NCBI GenBank assembly: GCA_951406725.2
Contig: OX597820.1
Coordinates: 63,364,001-63,428,000 of the forward strand
Length of the DNA: 64,000 bases
From: Octopus vulgaris
Lineage: Eukaryota
Reading direction: 5' to 3'
Shown here: positions 1 to 13,249 of the stretch, piece by piece
Layout of the letters: every line of letters starts with the position of its first letter
Position numbering within the stretch: the first letter of the stretch is position 1
The notes under the pieces: model-generated
What the model was told of the DNA's origin: nothing
What the model saw: the letters and a program-made list of their open reading frames with translations, nothing else
Databases searched by the model: none
Position numbers and translations under genes: made by a program

Positions 1-1091
1 TTGCACGCCTGTTATTGCAGACTTGGGATTTGTCCATTTGTCCATTTCATGATTAATTTCATCAATGATTCAATATTAGATGTTAACTGTTAGAAATCCA
101 TTCTAATATACTCATTTACAGCCAGGATATTGCTACTAAAGTGACGAGATATTTATTAATTTTCCTTTCCATCATATTATATAATGGAACAGAAAAAGTT
201 TTTAATTGAATTTTGAAAATTATTGTTGTTGTTGTTTCTGCTCCAGTTGTTGCTTGTTGTCGTTGTTTTGTTTAGTCACAGGTCAGCCCTGATGAAGCAG
301 GCCTAAGTCGAAACGATTTCTAACCTTGAAGGTACCTCATTTTTAGAAGAATTTAAGGCTACATTTATTTAGCGTTGCTTCCTACATATTTAAGAGTGAA
401 AGTGCAGCAATTTGAGACGCATGCATTTATCTGTTAATTTTAAGAAGTTGTGCACCGTTTAAGGGCTTAAATGTGAAATAGATATTGAAGTGCAATATTG
501 AGAAACAATTGAATTTTACATCACAGGCCGGTCAATATTTAAGTGCGCAGATGCTCAACACAGACTGGGCGACAATATCTGGGTTTTCAATGCATCAAAC
601 TTTCCATCTCGGCATTGTTGGTGGGGTCAGAAGGAATGCACAACACTTCGTTTGTTATTTATATGCTTGCAGGATTTATTGGAAGATTGTTGGGTAGGAC
701 ACTGGATTACTTTGAGGGGTAACTTGAGGGATTTACTATAAGGTTAACAGATTGCGTTCTTGTTAAATGGTGGTGAGGTTATTTAAGAACCTATAACTCT
801 GGACATATGCAATAAGGTTCTTTATCATACCTGAAATAGTGACTGAAGTCACAATTCACTAATTACATAACTTTCAGGACAATATTGTACTTGTCACATC
901 ATACTGTATGTTGATATCAGGTAGGTTCGCCGTGGTCCAGACTTAATTCATAGAGCATGCAAAAGATCAAAGACATTTAAATAAAGATAATGTGTTTTGC
1001 TTTTTCTGCAAATTTAATATTCTGAGTTTTAAAGGAAAAATGGGTGCTATGTGTAAAAGTTCATTTGAATATTTAGCATGAATATTTCGCT

Positions 1092-1111
1092 CTCACACAC
1101 ACACACACACA

Positions 1112-1205
<94 letters not shown>

Positions 1206-1208
1206 TAC
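1092..1208. repeat. (CA)n followed by (TA)n microsatellite
   Basis: Direct dinucleotide tracts; source of the HTHT/YIYI pseudo-ORFs. Confidence 0.95.
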
Positions 1209-1254
1209 TTGTGTGAGTATGTGTGTGTACTTGGGTGTATGTGTGAGTGTGTGT

Positions 1255-1418
1255 GTAGGCTCCGCGTGGCAATGTGGTAAGAAGCTTGCTTCCCAACGAT
1301 ATGGTTCCGGGTACAGCTACACTGCATAGCACATTGGGCAAGTGTCTTCTACTAGAACCTCGGGCCAACCAAAGACTTGTGATTGGATTTGGTAGAGGTA
1401 AACTGAAAGAAGCCCGTC

Positions 1419-1471
<53 letters not shown>

Positions 1472-1675
1472 CGTGTGTCTATGTTTGTCTCCCTACCATT
1501 ACTTAACAACCGATATTGGTGTGTTAACGTCCCTGTAACTAAGCGGGTTGTTTCGGCAAAAGAAACCGATAGAATAAGTACTAGGCTAACAAAGAATAAG
1601 TACTGGGGTCGATTTGTTCGACTAAAGTCGGTGCTCCAGCATGGCTGCACTCAAATTACTGACAGAAGTAAATAA
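1255..1675 (+). mobile_element. tRNA-derived SINE, family A (internal microsatellite)
   Basis: Head ...gtggtaagaagcttgcttcccaac...ggttccgggt, CORE-like ttgggcaagtgtcttct, gaaagaagcccgtc then (TA)n, and a 3' half ending ggtgctccagcatggc. Many copies in the window. Confidence 0.85.
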
Positions 1676-1676
1676 A

Positions 1677-1717
<41 letters not shown>

Positions 1718-1721
<4 letters not shown>

Positions 1722-2431
1722 GATGATCCAAATACCAGAAACTCAGGACTTATAGAACTCAAATGATTTCTGCTCAAGAAAAATTACCCTCTCCTACTTA
1801 TAGAAAGTAGCATACAACGAGCAAAAGAGATACGTATAGAACACCTTAGGGCAACACGAAAAAGACGAACCCATCAAAGGAACACGATACCATTTCTAGT
1901 AACACACAATCCCCATCAGCAAAATACTTTTAACGTCATCAAAACAAATTTGCCAATCGTAAAACAAAGTGAAAAATACATAACTAATCAAACACTTGTC
2001 TTAAGCAAAAGACAACCACATAACCTGAAATATCTATTGACAAATGCAAAATTCAGCATCAACAAATGAGACAACACATTCACAGGTTCCAAGTGTAATG
2101 ATAACAGATGTGGAAGCTGGCAACACATGCATACGGGTAGATCCATTACAACAAAAAAATGAACAGATTTTCGCAAATGGAGATATGAATTGCAAAAGCA
2201 AAAAATTGATCTACAGCCTGAATTGTGAAGAACTATATGTAGGTGAGACAGGGAATGCATTATCGGAACGCTCACGAGTCAACAGACAACAATCCAAAAA
2301 CCAATGTTCTCCAAAACTCATTGAGGGAACATGTAGAAACATAGGGTCAGAAAATGTTTCTATTTTTTCCTTTCAACAGACTACATGACACAAGTGAGGT
2401 TGGGAGAAAGATACCATATCGTTATTCAACT

Positions 2432-2432
<1 letters not shown>
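1718..2432 (+). mobile_element. Penelope-like element fragment (end of RT, linker and GIY-YIG endonuclease), pseudogenised
   Basis: Translates to KKNYPLLLIESSIQRAKE, PFLVTHNP, SKRQPHNLKYLLTNAKF and NCKSKKLIYSLNCEELYVGETGNALSER (IY...YVGET GIY-YIG motif). Contains stops and frameshifts; flanked by (TA)n. Confidence 0.8.
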
Positions 2433-2482
<50 letters not shown>

Positions 2483-3565
2483 TATATATATATAAATATA
2501 TCTTGTGCAACCTAATAAACACAGCCATCTTTTCTCCCCATTATTTTTATTTATACGGCACATTCTAACTGTTTGTCTGATCTCGTGTTACCTCCTCCCA
2601 CTGTACCCGTCACCATTATTCTAAACACACATAATCCATATACTAACCATTTTCCGGATCAATCCCCCCTCCAGTACGTATCTTTTCCGGAATTTTATTC
2701 ACGTCTATAGTTTTCTTTCACCCGTTGAATTAAAGATACTTAAGATGAATATCTGTCATGTTAAAGTAATCTCTGAGTGTCTATGTCTAATGCAAAGGGA
2801 AAAACTCCTGTGGTCTTTAGTCTCAGCACAGATCAAGTTTACTTGTAATCAAATGTGCTTCAGTTATAACCATCATCTCGATCTTTATGGTACGGATTAT
2901 GGCCAACAGCTTTCCGGACGGTGAGTTTGAACTTCAGCGCGTCATTTTTCTATGTGCAAAAACGCAAACACTTAATTTTAATATATCCATATTTTAATAT
3001 GGTATCAAAATTGTATGCCTTGTCCCTAAATCATGAATAATTTTTACTATTCTCTTAGCATCCGTTCACTTCAAAACGAACGCAGTTCTACCTAATTTGG
3101 GTACGTACCTTGTGTAATTTTCAGCTTCATGGCGTTGTATTCTGCTAATATTTCTGCAGTATCTGGCAGAGCTATATTTTGTTTGTTGAGTATATATGTA
3201 TGTTATTGTTATTTGGTTATGTATTTATCACGGTATCTTCCTTCGGTATCAATAAAATAAATAACAGTGATGTCTCTCGTATTATTTATCTCGGCGTGCC
3301 CAACCTCACTGACAAATATGAAATAAAGTGCGCTTTTGTTGCTATCTCAGAAATCCTCATTATTCCCGTTAATATTTTTAAGTAGACTTTATCTTATTAC
3401 ATACTTGTTTCTATATAAGCGAATCTATGTGTGTCATTGGCAAATAAACAGTGCTTTATTCCGTTTAGTTTTGTTGTTCTGTTTTCCGACATGCTATTAT
3501 TTCCAATAATTTATATATTATTGCTTTATGTTACATGGTGTGTGCGTGTATACACACATCCATCC

Positions 3566-3611
<46 letters not shown>

Positions 3612-4597
3612 ACTATCTGAAACTATCATTTGTTCGCATGTTTCCTCTGTATTTTCACGAAATTCTGTTATGCATGTATCCTTGTATAATATATTTTTTC
3701 CTTTATATCCTGTAGTGACAGGCGATTATTTCTTCTATACTAACATGCTTGGAACACCAATTATTATGAGAATTGTTTCTGTTTTCAATTCCCATAGTAT
3801 AAACGAATATATTTCCAGCTCTTTATATTTATCTAATTTCCTGAGTTCGCCTAGATAGCTGTTATCGTCTATTGCGATTACAATATATATCAGGAGACGC
3901 TTTTTTTAATGTTTTTTTTTCTTTTCGCTTTGTCTCTAAGAATAATATCCAATCGATTATTCTTACATTCTTTCTATTAGTATGAATGGATAATTCTCTG
4001 AGTATGGTCACTTTTTAAGGTGTATTCTTATCTTTGTGAAGGTTTCACAATATCATTACTTCTTATTGTTTTTTTTATTTCTACACGCTTCTTACTATTA
4101 TGGATATTTACAGAACATTGCTTTATACTAATCATACAGGAATGTCATAACTGATTGTGTTGTTACGAAGTCAGATTGCAGCAAATCTACTCTATAAAAT
4201 ACACACAAGCTAAGTAACCTCGCGTCACATTAAAGAGATATAACTGTTACCATTGAAACATATTGGTATACGAAGAGTAGTGCTTTCATACCTGAACATA
4301 TCATTCATGTTAAGTTGGAAACCTGTTCGTTTTAACTGGCCCTAGTTCGCTGGTGCGACTGAGATGGTTGGCTCTCGGCCTGGATATCAATCGTTCTACA
4401 TCGGCCAGAGATACTTGATTCAATTTCATACCACATTCAATGGAGTGATAAATATGACAGACGTCACAGTTCTAGCCAATAGACATATACTGGCATAAAA
4501 CTGATACATAGGCTTTCGACAAGAACTTTCAACATTTGATTATTAATATATGGATGAAGTTTATATTCCAGCAATTAATATCCGGGGACGCTACACA

Positions 4598-5466
4598 TAC
4601 GAGGGGTTACCCAAAATAAACTGTGATTTTGTAATATTATTTTCTTCACAAAGTTTTACATGTTTACACTTTTATCGCCTTCAAAGTATCCTACATTTGT
4701 AGCAATATATCGATCTAGCCGCATTTTCCTAAGTTCGAAGCAGTCCTATAACTTTTGCAAAATGATGCCTTTTAACGCTTCCGTCGTTTTCTTCTTCACC
4801 TCTTCTACATCTGTAAATTCCGCAGCACCAGCTTTCGTCGCCAGTGATGAACTTCGAAAAAAGGTCCAGATCAAATTCCAGCTGTATTTTTCAGTTCCCG
4901 ACTCGCATTCAGTCGTGATTGCTTTTGATCTGCCGTGAACAAACGGGGCACACATTTTGCTGCAACTCTTTTCATTCACAATTCCTCGCTAAAAATTCAT
5001 TGACAGGAGCTCTAGGACACACCAGTCATATCAACAACTTTGTCAATAAATGTTTCGGTGATGTTCTTTCAAGAACAGTTCATGAATTTTCATGAAGTTT
5101 TCTTTCGTTCGGATGGTTAACGTTCGCCCCGAACGAGGTTGGTTTTCAAGTGATAAGTAACTATTTCTAAAGCTTGAAAATCACTCGTAAACTTGTGTTT
5201 TGCTCATGACAGCTGTTTCGTTTACCGTTTTCGCAGAAGAAAACAGAATTTCCTGGAGCATGCTGTTCTTTCGTTTCCGCCATCGCCAAAAATAGACGAA
5301 CAGGAGAGAAGCACTGTGAAAGAAAAACACACCACTTGGCAGTACGACCACACTGAACGCCGCCTGTCAGCAGATGATGCCTGAGGTCCGCATCAAGTGG
5401 CTTCTAGCAGTTGAACAGGATTGTCCCACAGAGAACGTTTCTTGTTACTTTTGGATATCCCACGTA
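4598..5466 (-). mobile_element. Internally deleted mariner DNA transposon
   Basis: Termini tacgaggggttacccaaaa / ttttggatatcccacgta (degenerate TIR, TA ends). Minus strand gives MSKTQVYE*FSSF, QPRSG, FTDVEEVKKKTTEALKGI and RLDRYIATNVGYFEGDK. Confidence 0.85.
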
Positions 5467-5679
5467 TTGGAGTGTAGCCAAAATTTCAAAAACCAAATAC
5501 ACAATGAGTTACCTCTTGTCACGTTTCTTTCTAGCAAATCAGTTCAACTATTGTTAGATCAATCATTCAACCTAATTATTGATTTCGGTTTATTACAATT
5601 CTGCTTGCTGTCATGGACTTTATTTTCAGATTCCTTCTGCTTCTGATGTTAATATTAGCTTCACTTTCTGTCACAAGAA

Positions 5680-5870
5680 TAGAAATTTCAGGGAAGATGA
5701 GAAGTCAATTACATCGACTTCAGTGCTCCAATGGTACTTATTTTATGAACCCCGAAAGGAGGAAAGGCAAAATAAATCTCGGGGTAATTTGTAATCTAAA
5801 CGTAAAGACGGACGATATTTCGCTGAGCATTTTGACCGGCATGTTAATAATTATTCTAGCTCGCTTCCCT
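5680..5870 (-). mobile_element. Degenerate SINE family B copy
   Basis: ttacatcgac...ggtacttattttatgaaccccgaaagga..aaggcaaa matches the reverse complement of the family B core. Confidence 0.6.
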
Positions 5871-6579
5871 GTTGATATTAATTTTATTAAACATAATTCA
5901 ATTAAGAGGATTCAAGCCATAACTCCCAAGAATTCCCATGTGTTATATCATTTCTATTTTTGAGATGGTAGACTGTAATTTGATGCAGTTTATTTGTTAC
6001 TTTTGACCGTTCAAGCGGCATTACTAGCTAAATAAATTAACTTTCGTTTCAAAAATGTCAATGAACTCTTTTTCTCTCTTTCCGTATATGATAACATTAT
6101 GAATTCGTAATTTTTTACAAGTTTCAATGGTATATTTTCTCAGCAACCACCGCCTACAAAATCTCAAGAATGGTAATATTTTAACAGGAATTGATCTGAA
6201 AAAATAACATGAAAGATATTTAATTTTATGTAAGTGAATAGGGAATTCCAAAATATTTGAAGACTTTTAGATGTAGTACCAGATTGTAATACATAAAAAA
6301 ATATAAAGATTGGTTTATTTGTTGGATACAATATAACTACGATACAAGTATGCTCTGCGTTGTATTGTTTGTATCTAAAACGACATCCTATTCGTTTTAC
6401 TCTTTAGTTGTCCGTATCATAATTATGAACATAATTCCTCCGATTACGATAAGGCTTTGTGTACATAAATGTTTGATTAAAGTTATTGAAATATGTACCC
6501 ACATATACGAGAAAATTCTGCGATCACTGTTAAAAGAGGATATATCGTCAAGCATAAATTTGTGCAAGTCCATGTATAT

Positions 6580-8677
6580 TAGAGTGGCCCTTAGCAATAG
6601 GTAATTATTTTGAAGGTTACAATTTTGCTGCTCCCACCCATTAATCTTGTTCCAATAATCAAAATAACGAGGTGTGCAAAATTTCATCTTACTCCAACTA
6701 TTAGGCGGGCTCAAACGCCTTGAGGTTGGAACATAGTATACGCAAGGATTAATTCTTTTCATAAGCGGTCTACGGACCCCTTCTCCACCATTTTCTTTTT
6801 TCTTCTTAAAGAAATTTACGTAGACACATCCAGGCAACCCCAACAGATGTTTAAAAGTTTTCTGAACCAAATTTACCAAAAGGTGATTTTAAAAATTCCT
6901 GAAATAAGATGAAAAACTTAAGAAATATTAGGTTTTTATTAATAAAGCGCACAATTTCTATAAAAGAAACGTATTTTTATTTACGACAATACTTTCTGTT
7001 GAATCAAAAACAAGGATTTAGTGGCGGCTGGGTAAGTTTTACTGTTTTCGGTAACGATCTGTAAAACAAATTGTTTATCACTTTCATCTTTTGTGAGGAT
7101 GTTATTGTAATCATGAACGAATTTGACACCTCTTTCTGCAACATCATTCGCAACAACTGTCTTCTCAACTTTTTTAAGTCCACTTTTGTAACTACGATCA
7201 TCCTTCCATGTTGAAGAAAATCTCGTGAAGAAAGTTTTTGTACCAGGATTTACAAAAGATGAAAACTCGATGTTTGTAAAGGAAGAAAAGACATTTCAAT
7301 CTCATCAATTGATTTTTTCTCCTTCATCTCCTTGCTCTCCTTCACCTTTGTCTGCTTCGAACATAACTTAAGTAATATTTGCCATCACCTGTGTTGGAGC
7401 AGATATTCTTCTTAAAGAGTCCTTCTCCTCAGGAGATAACTGAATTTGAACTTGAAACAGGTATATCTTGAATGCGTGAATTGCGTTTGACATCTACCTA
7501 GCATGACATGCTGCTCCTAGTGTATGAAATGAGATTCCGTTCATCCAAATGCCATCAAGAAAGATCATCGTTAACTCCAACAATTTTCGGTAATCCTTTC
7601 GCTGTTGTTTCTGCGTAGAAAGGTGGTATTCAAGAAATCCACGAATAGTAGACTAGACATCATCAGGCACTTCATTGCTATTAGTTATGTAAACATTCTG
7701 CTTCACTCGACCTGTGTTGCTTGTTGTTGTATCATAGCAACGTGCCTTAATTTTGTCGGTTATACCCCACTTCTCCACAGCTTGGTAAACAGCCATGGCT
7801 GGCTGTTCTCCTGAAGATATTGGAATTTCATGAACTCCCAACAATTACTCTTTGCCTTGACAAATTACTATTATTGCCAGTCTATCAACCTTTTCAACGC
7901 CTGTCAGTACTTCGAGCAGTTTTCTATCCCAGTGCAACTGTAATTCTTGACACTCGTTTAGGTTAAATTTGTGATGTATTTCTGTGAATCTCACTTCCCT
8001 AAATTTTCTTCTAAGGCATTGATAATATGTATACAAAACAGAAAACATTATAAAAACGGAGATTTTATAAATGTGGTATTACAAACTTGTCAGGGCTACC
8101 AACACAACAGGGGAAATTGTATATCAATATGCGCCAGAACAAAATAAATGAGTATTACAAATAAAATAACAAATAAATTACAAATAAATTAACATATATT
8201 TAAAAACACGGACAAGTCATATTAGTTCACTGTTTATCACTAACGTATATTTCTTAATATTTTATTTCTCAACACTACGGGTTCTTACAATGTCCGAACG
8301 CAACTGAATAACTTACTTGCTCACGTCTGGCCGCCAACTTGATGACGGCGAAAAATACGTGTTTGTCCTAAACCTACGCACTGTCTCCAGCTTTGTAAGT
8401 TGTTTTCCCCATTATATTTATCGTCACTTATCCTTCTACTAGCAAGAATAAATCTGAATAAATTTCTAATTTAAGACCAATTAAATAGTAGAAAAACTTT
8501 TTATCTGAAAAAGATGGCTGACCTGGCGAAAACTTCAAAATTTCATCGTCGATAAGTGTCGCCTTGCAGGTGTTTGATTGAGCTAAAATTTTGCATAGAT
8601 AGCTTTCTATTAATAGGAACAAGATAGTGGGGGTGAGAGCTAAACTTTTAGAAAGATGAATTATAAGGGCCACCCTA
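6580..8677 (-). mobile_element. hAT-superfamily (hATm-like) DNA transposon with decayed transposase
   Basis: TIR tagagtggccctta ... taagggccacccta with subterminal inverted similarity (atcttgttcc-a-taa / taataggaacaagat). Minus-strand fragments LHWDRKLLEVLTGVEKVDRLAIIV, WGITDKIKARCYDTTTSNTG and VANDVAERGVKFVHDYNNILTKDE. Confidence 0.8.
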
Positions 8678-8682
8678 ATGTG

Positions 8683-8758
<76 letters not shown>

Positions 8759-8793
8759 ATACATATTCCTATGTATGTATATATATATATAGG

Positions 8794-8952
8794 AGTAGGC
8801 GTGGGTCTATGGTAAGAAGATTGCTTCCGAACCACATGCTCCAAGGTTCAGTCCATTTGCGCGGCTGCTTGGGCAAATGTTTTCTACTATGGCCTTCGCC
8901 CGGCCAAATCTTTGTGAGTGGATATGAGACGGACATTGAAAAGCCCGTCGTA
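8794..8952 (+). mobile_element. SINE family A, 5' half
   Basis: Family A head through aagcccgtcg, followed by (CA)n/(TA)n; 3' half absent. Confidence 0.75.
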
Positions 8953-9026
8953 CACATACAAACACATACAATCACACACACTTACACATACACACACACA
9001 CACACATACACACACACAGACACACA

Positions 9027-9094
<68 letters not shown>

Positions 9095-9169
9095 CGTCAG
9101 TGTATGCCTCTGTTTTTCCTATCATGTCTCTATATAGTTTGTAAATAGTAAAACAGTTTTATATAATCC

Positions 9170-9274
9170 AGACCTGAAGAATGGCAGTGTAGTCGGATCG
9201 ATAAAGTATTGAATTTCGAGACCTTCTAACATAGCAATATAGATAAATTTATTGTCATGAAACGCGCGTAGTCT
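9170..9274 (+). ncRNA. Type I hammerhead ribozyme motif, intact core
   Basis: Stem I agac/gtct; CTGAAGA 9174-9180; stem II atggcagtg/tattgtcat around a ~60-nt insert; GAAA 9259-9262; palindromic stem III ACGCGCGT; cleavage triplet GUA at 9268-9270. Confidence 0.8.
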
Positions 9275-9407
9275 ATCTAATGTATATGAATCAGATTTGT
9301 AATTGTAGGTATTAAGTTGATAATATTTAATATTATACAACTCTATCATAGATAACGTCGTTCAATGTTGATTGAGTTGCTTGAAGGTGGTTCTGTCTCT
9401 TAAACCA

Positions 9408-9533
<126 letters not shown>

Positions 9534-9565
9534 TGGGAAATTCGTTATAGTAACACTAATATTAA

Positions 9566-9596
<31 letters not shown>

Positions 9597-9933
9597 GGCG
9601 CATGGCTCAGTGGTTAGAGCGACGAGCTTACGATCGTGAGGTTGTGAGCTCGAATCCCGGACCGGGCTGCGTGTTGTGTTCTCGAGCAAGGCACTTTATT
9701 TCACGTTGCTCCAGTTCACTCAGCTGTAGAAATGAGTTGCGACGTCACTGGTGCCAAGCTGTATCGACCTTTGTCTTTCCCTTGGATAACACTGGTGGCG
9801 TGGAGAGGGGAGGCTGGTATGCATGGGCGACTGCTGGCCTTCCATAAACAACCTTGCCCGGACTTGTGTCTAGGAGGGTAACTTTCTAGGTGCAATCCCA
9901 TGGTCATTCATGACCGAAGGGGGTCTTTACTTT
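9597..9933 (+). mobile_element. Young tRNA-derived SINE, family C
   Basis: A box tggctcagtgg, B-box-like gctcgaatccc, CORE-like gagcaaggcacttt...cactcagctgtagaaatgag, and a tttac tail. Flanked by a 40-bp direct repeat. Confidence 0.85.
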
Positions 9934-9979
9934 ATATATATATACAGTGGGAAATTCGTTATAGTAACACTAATATTAA

Positions 9980-10067
<88 letters not shown>

Positions 10068-10069
10068 CC

Positions 10070-11165
10070 TACAGGGTGCGTAAAATATTTGAGGACACTT
10101 TTTGGGGTCATTGATGCATTTCTTGCTAACTCTGAATAATCTTTGTTTCAGAAAATAATACTGATACGACCTCAGCTTACTTAAGAAATAAAGGGGTATG
10201 CTGTTATTGTGTTTATAAAAGCTGAGCAGAGCGATTTAGAAGCATCTCGGGTTTAAAAGTTGCCAGATCGAAAGATACTAAGTTTGTAAGGAGCTAGAGA
10301 CTGAAGATGGAAACATATCAATACTATCAAAGCATAAAAATCATCCGAAGCACCCTGAAATAATCAGAACACCTGAATTTATCCACCAAGTTTAACAGAG
10401 CATTGATTACAATCTCAGAAAATCCAGGAGATCAGTTGCAAATGATCTCCATCTGCCAAAAGGAACAGTCACAAATGTTTCCTCGAAGACATGAGATATA
10501 AGTTTAATATGATGAGGAAAGGTCAATTTATCAGAAAAAGCAAAAGAAATCACTACGTCAGATCTAAAAGGCTCTTAAACAAACTCAAACTTTCAGCAGA
10601 AGAAAATTTGATTTGAACTTTCGCAATCGGGAAAAACTTCGAACAAGATCAAAACGTTAACACAAGAAATGACAGAAGGTTTTGCGCACACTCTTTTGAA
10701 GTTTCAAGTGTTATACATACAAAATTTGCTGCAACTGTCATGGTTTTAGGGGTTGTCAACTATGAATAACATGTGATGGTCTCCTAACTTATTTTCACAA
10801 AGCCTTAGAGTTAAATCTACCGTCAATAATTGTTAAACCATGGATATACAGTGTATTCAATGGAAGGCCATGGCTCTAATAACTGGAATAGATGGCTGAA
10901 AATTTCATGAAAATATAACCCCTAACATTTGGCCTCTCACTTCACCAGATGTCAATCCCTTGGACTCTTACATGTGGAGCGTTGTTGAGAGAGAGGTCAA
11001 TGAACACCCCCATAACACCAAAGATTCTTGAAAGCTGCCATGGTCAGAGTAATGACCAGAATGAACCAGAACCACTTGATTCGAACATGTAGATTATTTC
11101 GATCTCATATAGAAGCAGTTGTTGAAGCTGAAAGTGGCTTTATTGAATAACATTTTGAAAAAGAT
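10070..11165 (+). mobile_element. Tc1/mariner-superfamily transposon (DD37D/maT-like), decayed
   Basis: Starts tacagggtgcg. Fragments QDQNVNTRND, TKFAATVMVLGVV, WPLTSPDVNPLDSYMWSVVE...HNTKD and FRSHIEAVVEAESGFIE*. Right TIR not seen. Confidence 0.8.
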
Positions 11166-12346
11166 TATATATATATATATGAAGAGAGAGATAGAGTAAT
11201 CAACAAGACAGCGCAGAGATGGGTATTTGATATATGAGGTTAACATATATTTCAACAGCTGCATAACAGTCAATGCCTGCTATTAAAACTATCAAAATAA
11301 TTCAAAATGATTCAAAATCTCTTCAAGCTGTTTGAATTCAAAAATCTGTATAACTCGCTGAATTGTGCACCTGCTTCACATAACATGAGATTTGATTTGA
11401 GCACAAAAGAATGCTGTCACTATTTCCGTTTCTGTTATGAGAAAAATTATGTAAAGCGGTATTGCATTTTCATCTTAACATCAATTTTGGCAACGTGTTG
11501 ATGACTTGTGCAGGAATTCAAAATTAGTTAATTCCAGTGACATTTCAATCTGTTAAAATACAATTAAAGATATTTTCAAAGATACAGGTGAAGTATCAGA
11601 TATAAATGTTAAAGATGGAATATTACTCAAACTGTGGAAACACAGATTACGCTCAAATATGTAGAGAAATAAATGTGAGAAAGAAAGAAATGACTTTGGT
11701 ATTTCCCATTGAGGAATGGTCAAATACCAGAGACGACCATCTAGGAATCTTCTAGAAGGAAGCACTGGGTAGATAGGATGTCTTTGCACCCTCTGCCCTG
11801 GGCAGTGAATTAGCCCTTAGAAATTAAAATATGGCCCAAAATTTATTGTAACTGACTTAGAATTTGTGAGTGTAGACATATGTAGATTATAGCGTATGAA
11901 CATGGGTGCATATGTGTGTTTGTGTCACTGTGCGTGCGCATGCGTATGTGTGTGCGTGTGGTTACGAATATATAAATGAAAATGAGATTGCATAAATTTC
12001 CTCTAAGACACTGTATATGCATCCTCCGAAAATGTCTTTATAAGTTAATGTGCTCCTTGGTTTCAAGAGTCTGTAAAAAAAAATCCTGTTACTTTCATTT
12101 ACATCCAGTACTATAACTAATGATTACAATTTTGTTCCCTCCTTATTCTCGGTTATTATTGATTACCAGTTTCTTAGCATTCGTGTATAAACACAAACAA
12201 ACACAAACACACATAATTATATTGTATAATATTATATTCGTCTCCTGATAACCAAATTTAGCAAATGGATTCATGATATAAATAGGGAATCGAATCCTGA
12301 AATTATCAGAAATATATATATATATATATATACGTATTTATGTATG

Positions 12347-12401
<55 letters not shown>

Positions 12402-12405
<4 letters not shown>

Positions 12406-13020
12406 ACGCCTTGTGTGGGGTTCAATCTTATAGTCAATCCTCACTTCCTGCAGAGGTTAGACATTGATGTTCCTAAATGTACTAGATTCAATAACAGCTA
12501 TTCATTCAATACCCAAGAGAGACGCAATGTTGTTACTTTGTCGAAACATTTGGATATCGAGCGATATCTAGTAGAGGGTAAGGAAATCTGCAGTTGACGG
12601 ACATGCAGGCTTTGCTTCATAAGAAAATTATTATATTGAAGAATTTCTCTCTCTCCGCTTCATCTGTCATATTGAAAGAAAGTTTTTCTTCTGCTGCCCT
12701 CCTGAATGTAGTTACACATAAGAGAACTTCTCGGCTCTCATATTACGATTAAACTTTGGTTATTTTGCCATCGTTTCATTTTTTCAGGATCGATACATCA
12801 GGAACGCTTGAGGACTGGAGTAGGCAATCGAACAGCCCATTCTTATAAAATTTTAGGATTCTTGCTTATAGTAGGAAGTATTATAAACTTTTCATTACCA
12901 ACAGCGACTATGGCACTGCATTCGTTTACAGTTTTAAACCTTTAAATCAGCTCAAGGTTTACTTCTGAAATATTTTGTGTTGGTTATGATTTGAAAAGTT
13001 CTTTTTCTATTTGATTGTTA
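12402..13020 (-). mobile_element. Highly degenerate Penelope-like fragment (tentative)
   Basis: Minus-strand remnants LPTISKNP, CNYIQEG and LHVRQLQISLPSTR resemble the PLE linker/GIY-YIG region; abuts (TA)n. Confidence 0.4.
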
Positions 13021-13249
13021 GTTAGTACCTGTTTCCTTTTATGAATATAATATAAATATATTACAATAAACCCAGATGGCTCTCCTAGCTACCTATATAT
13101 GCACACTTAAACAGAAACAGTATACATATGCACACTCACGACATACACACATGCACAAACATGCGTACTCACATATGTTTATAGAGATATATGTATGTGT
13201 CCGCGTGCGTGTGTGTGTGTACGTATGTATGCATGTTTATGTATATTTG

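Noticed and set aside
285-320. ctgatgaagcaggcctaagtcgaaacg resembles a hammerhead core
   Set aside because: No stem III/NUH site or stem I pairing follows; probably a decayed copy of the gagcagacct-type dispersed repeat.
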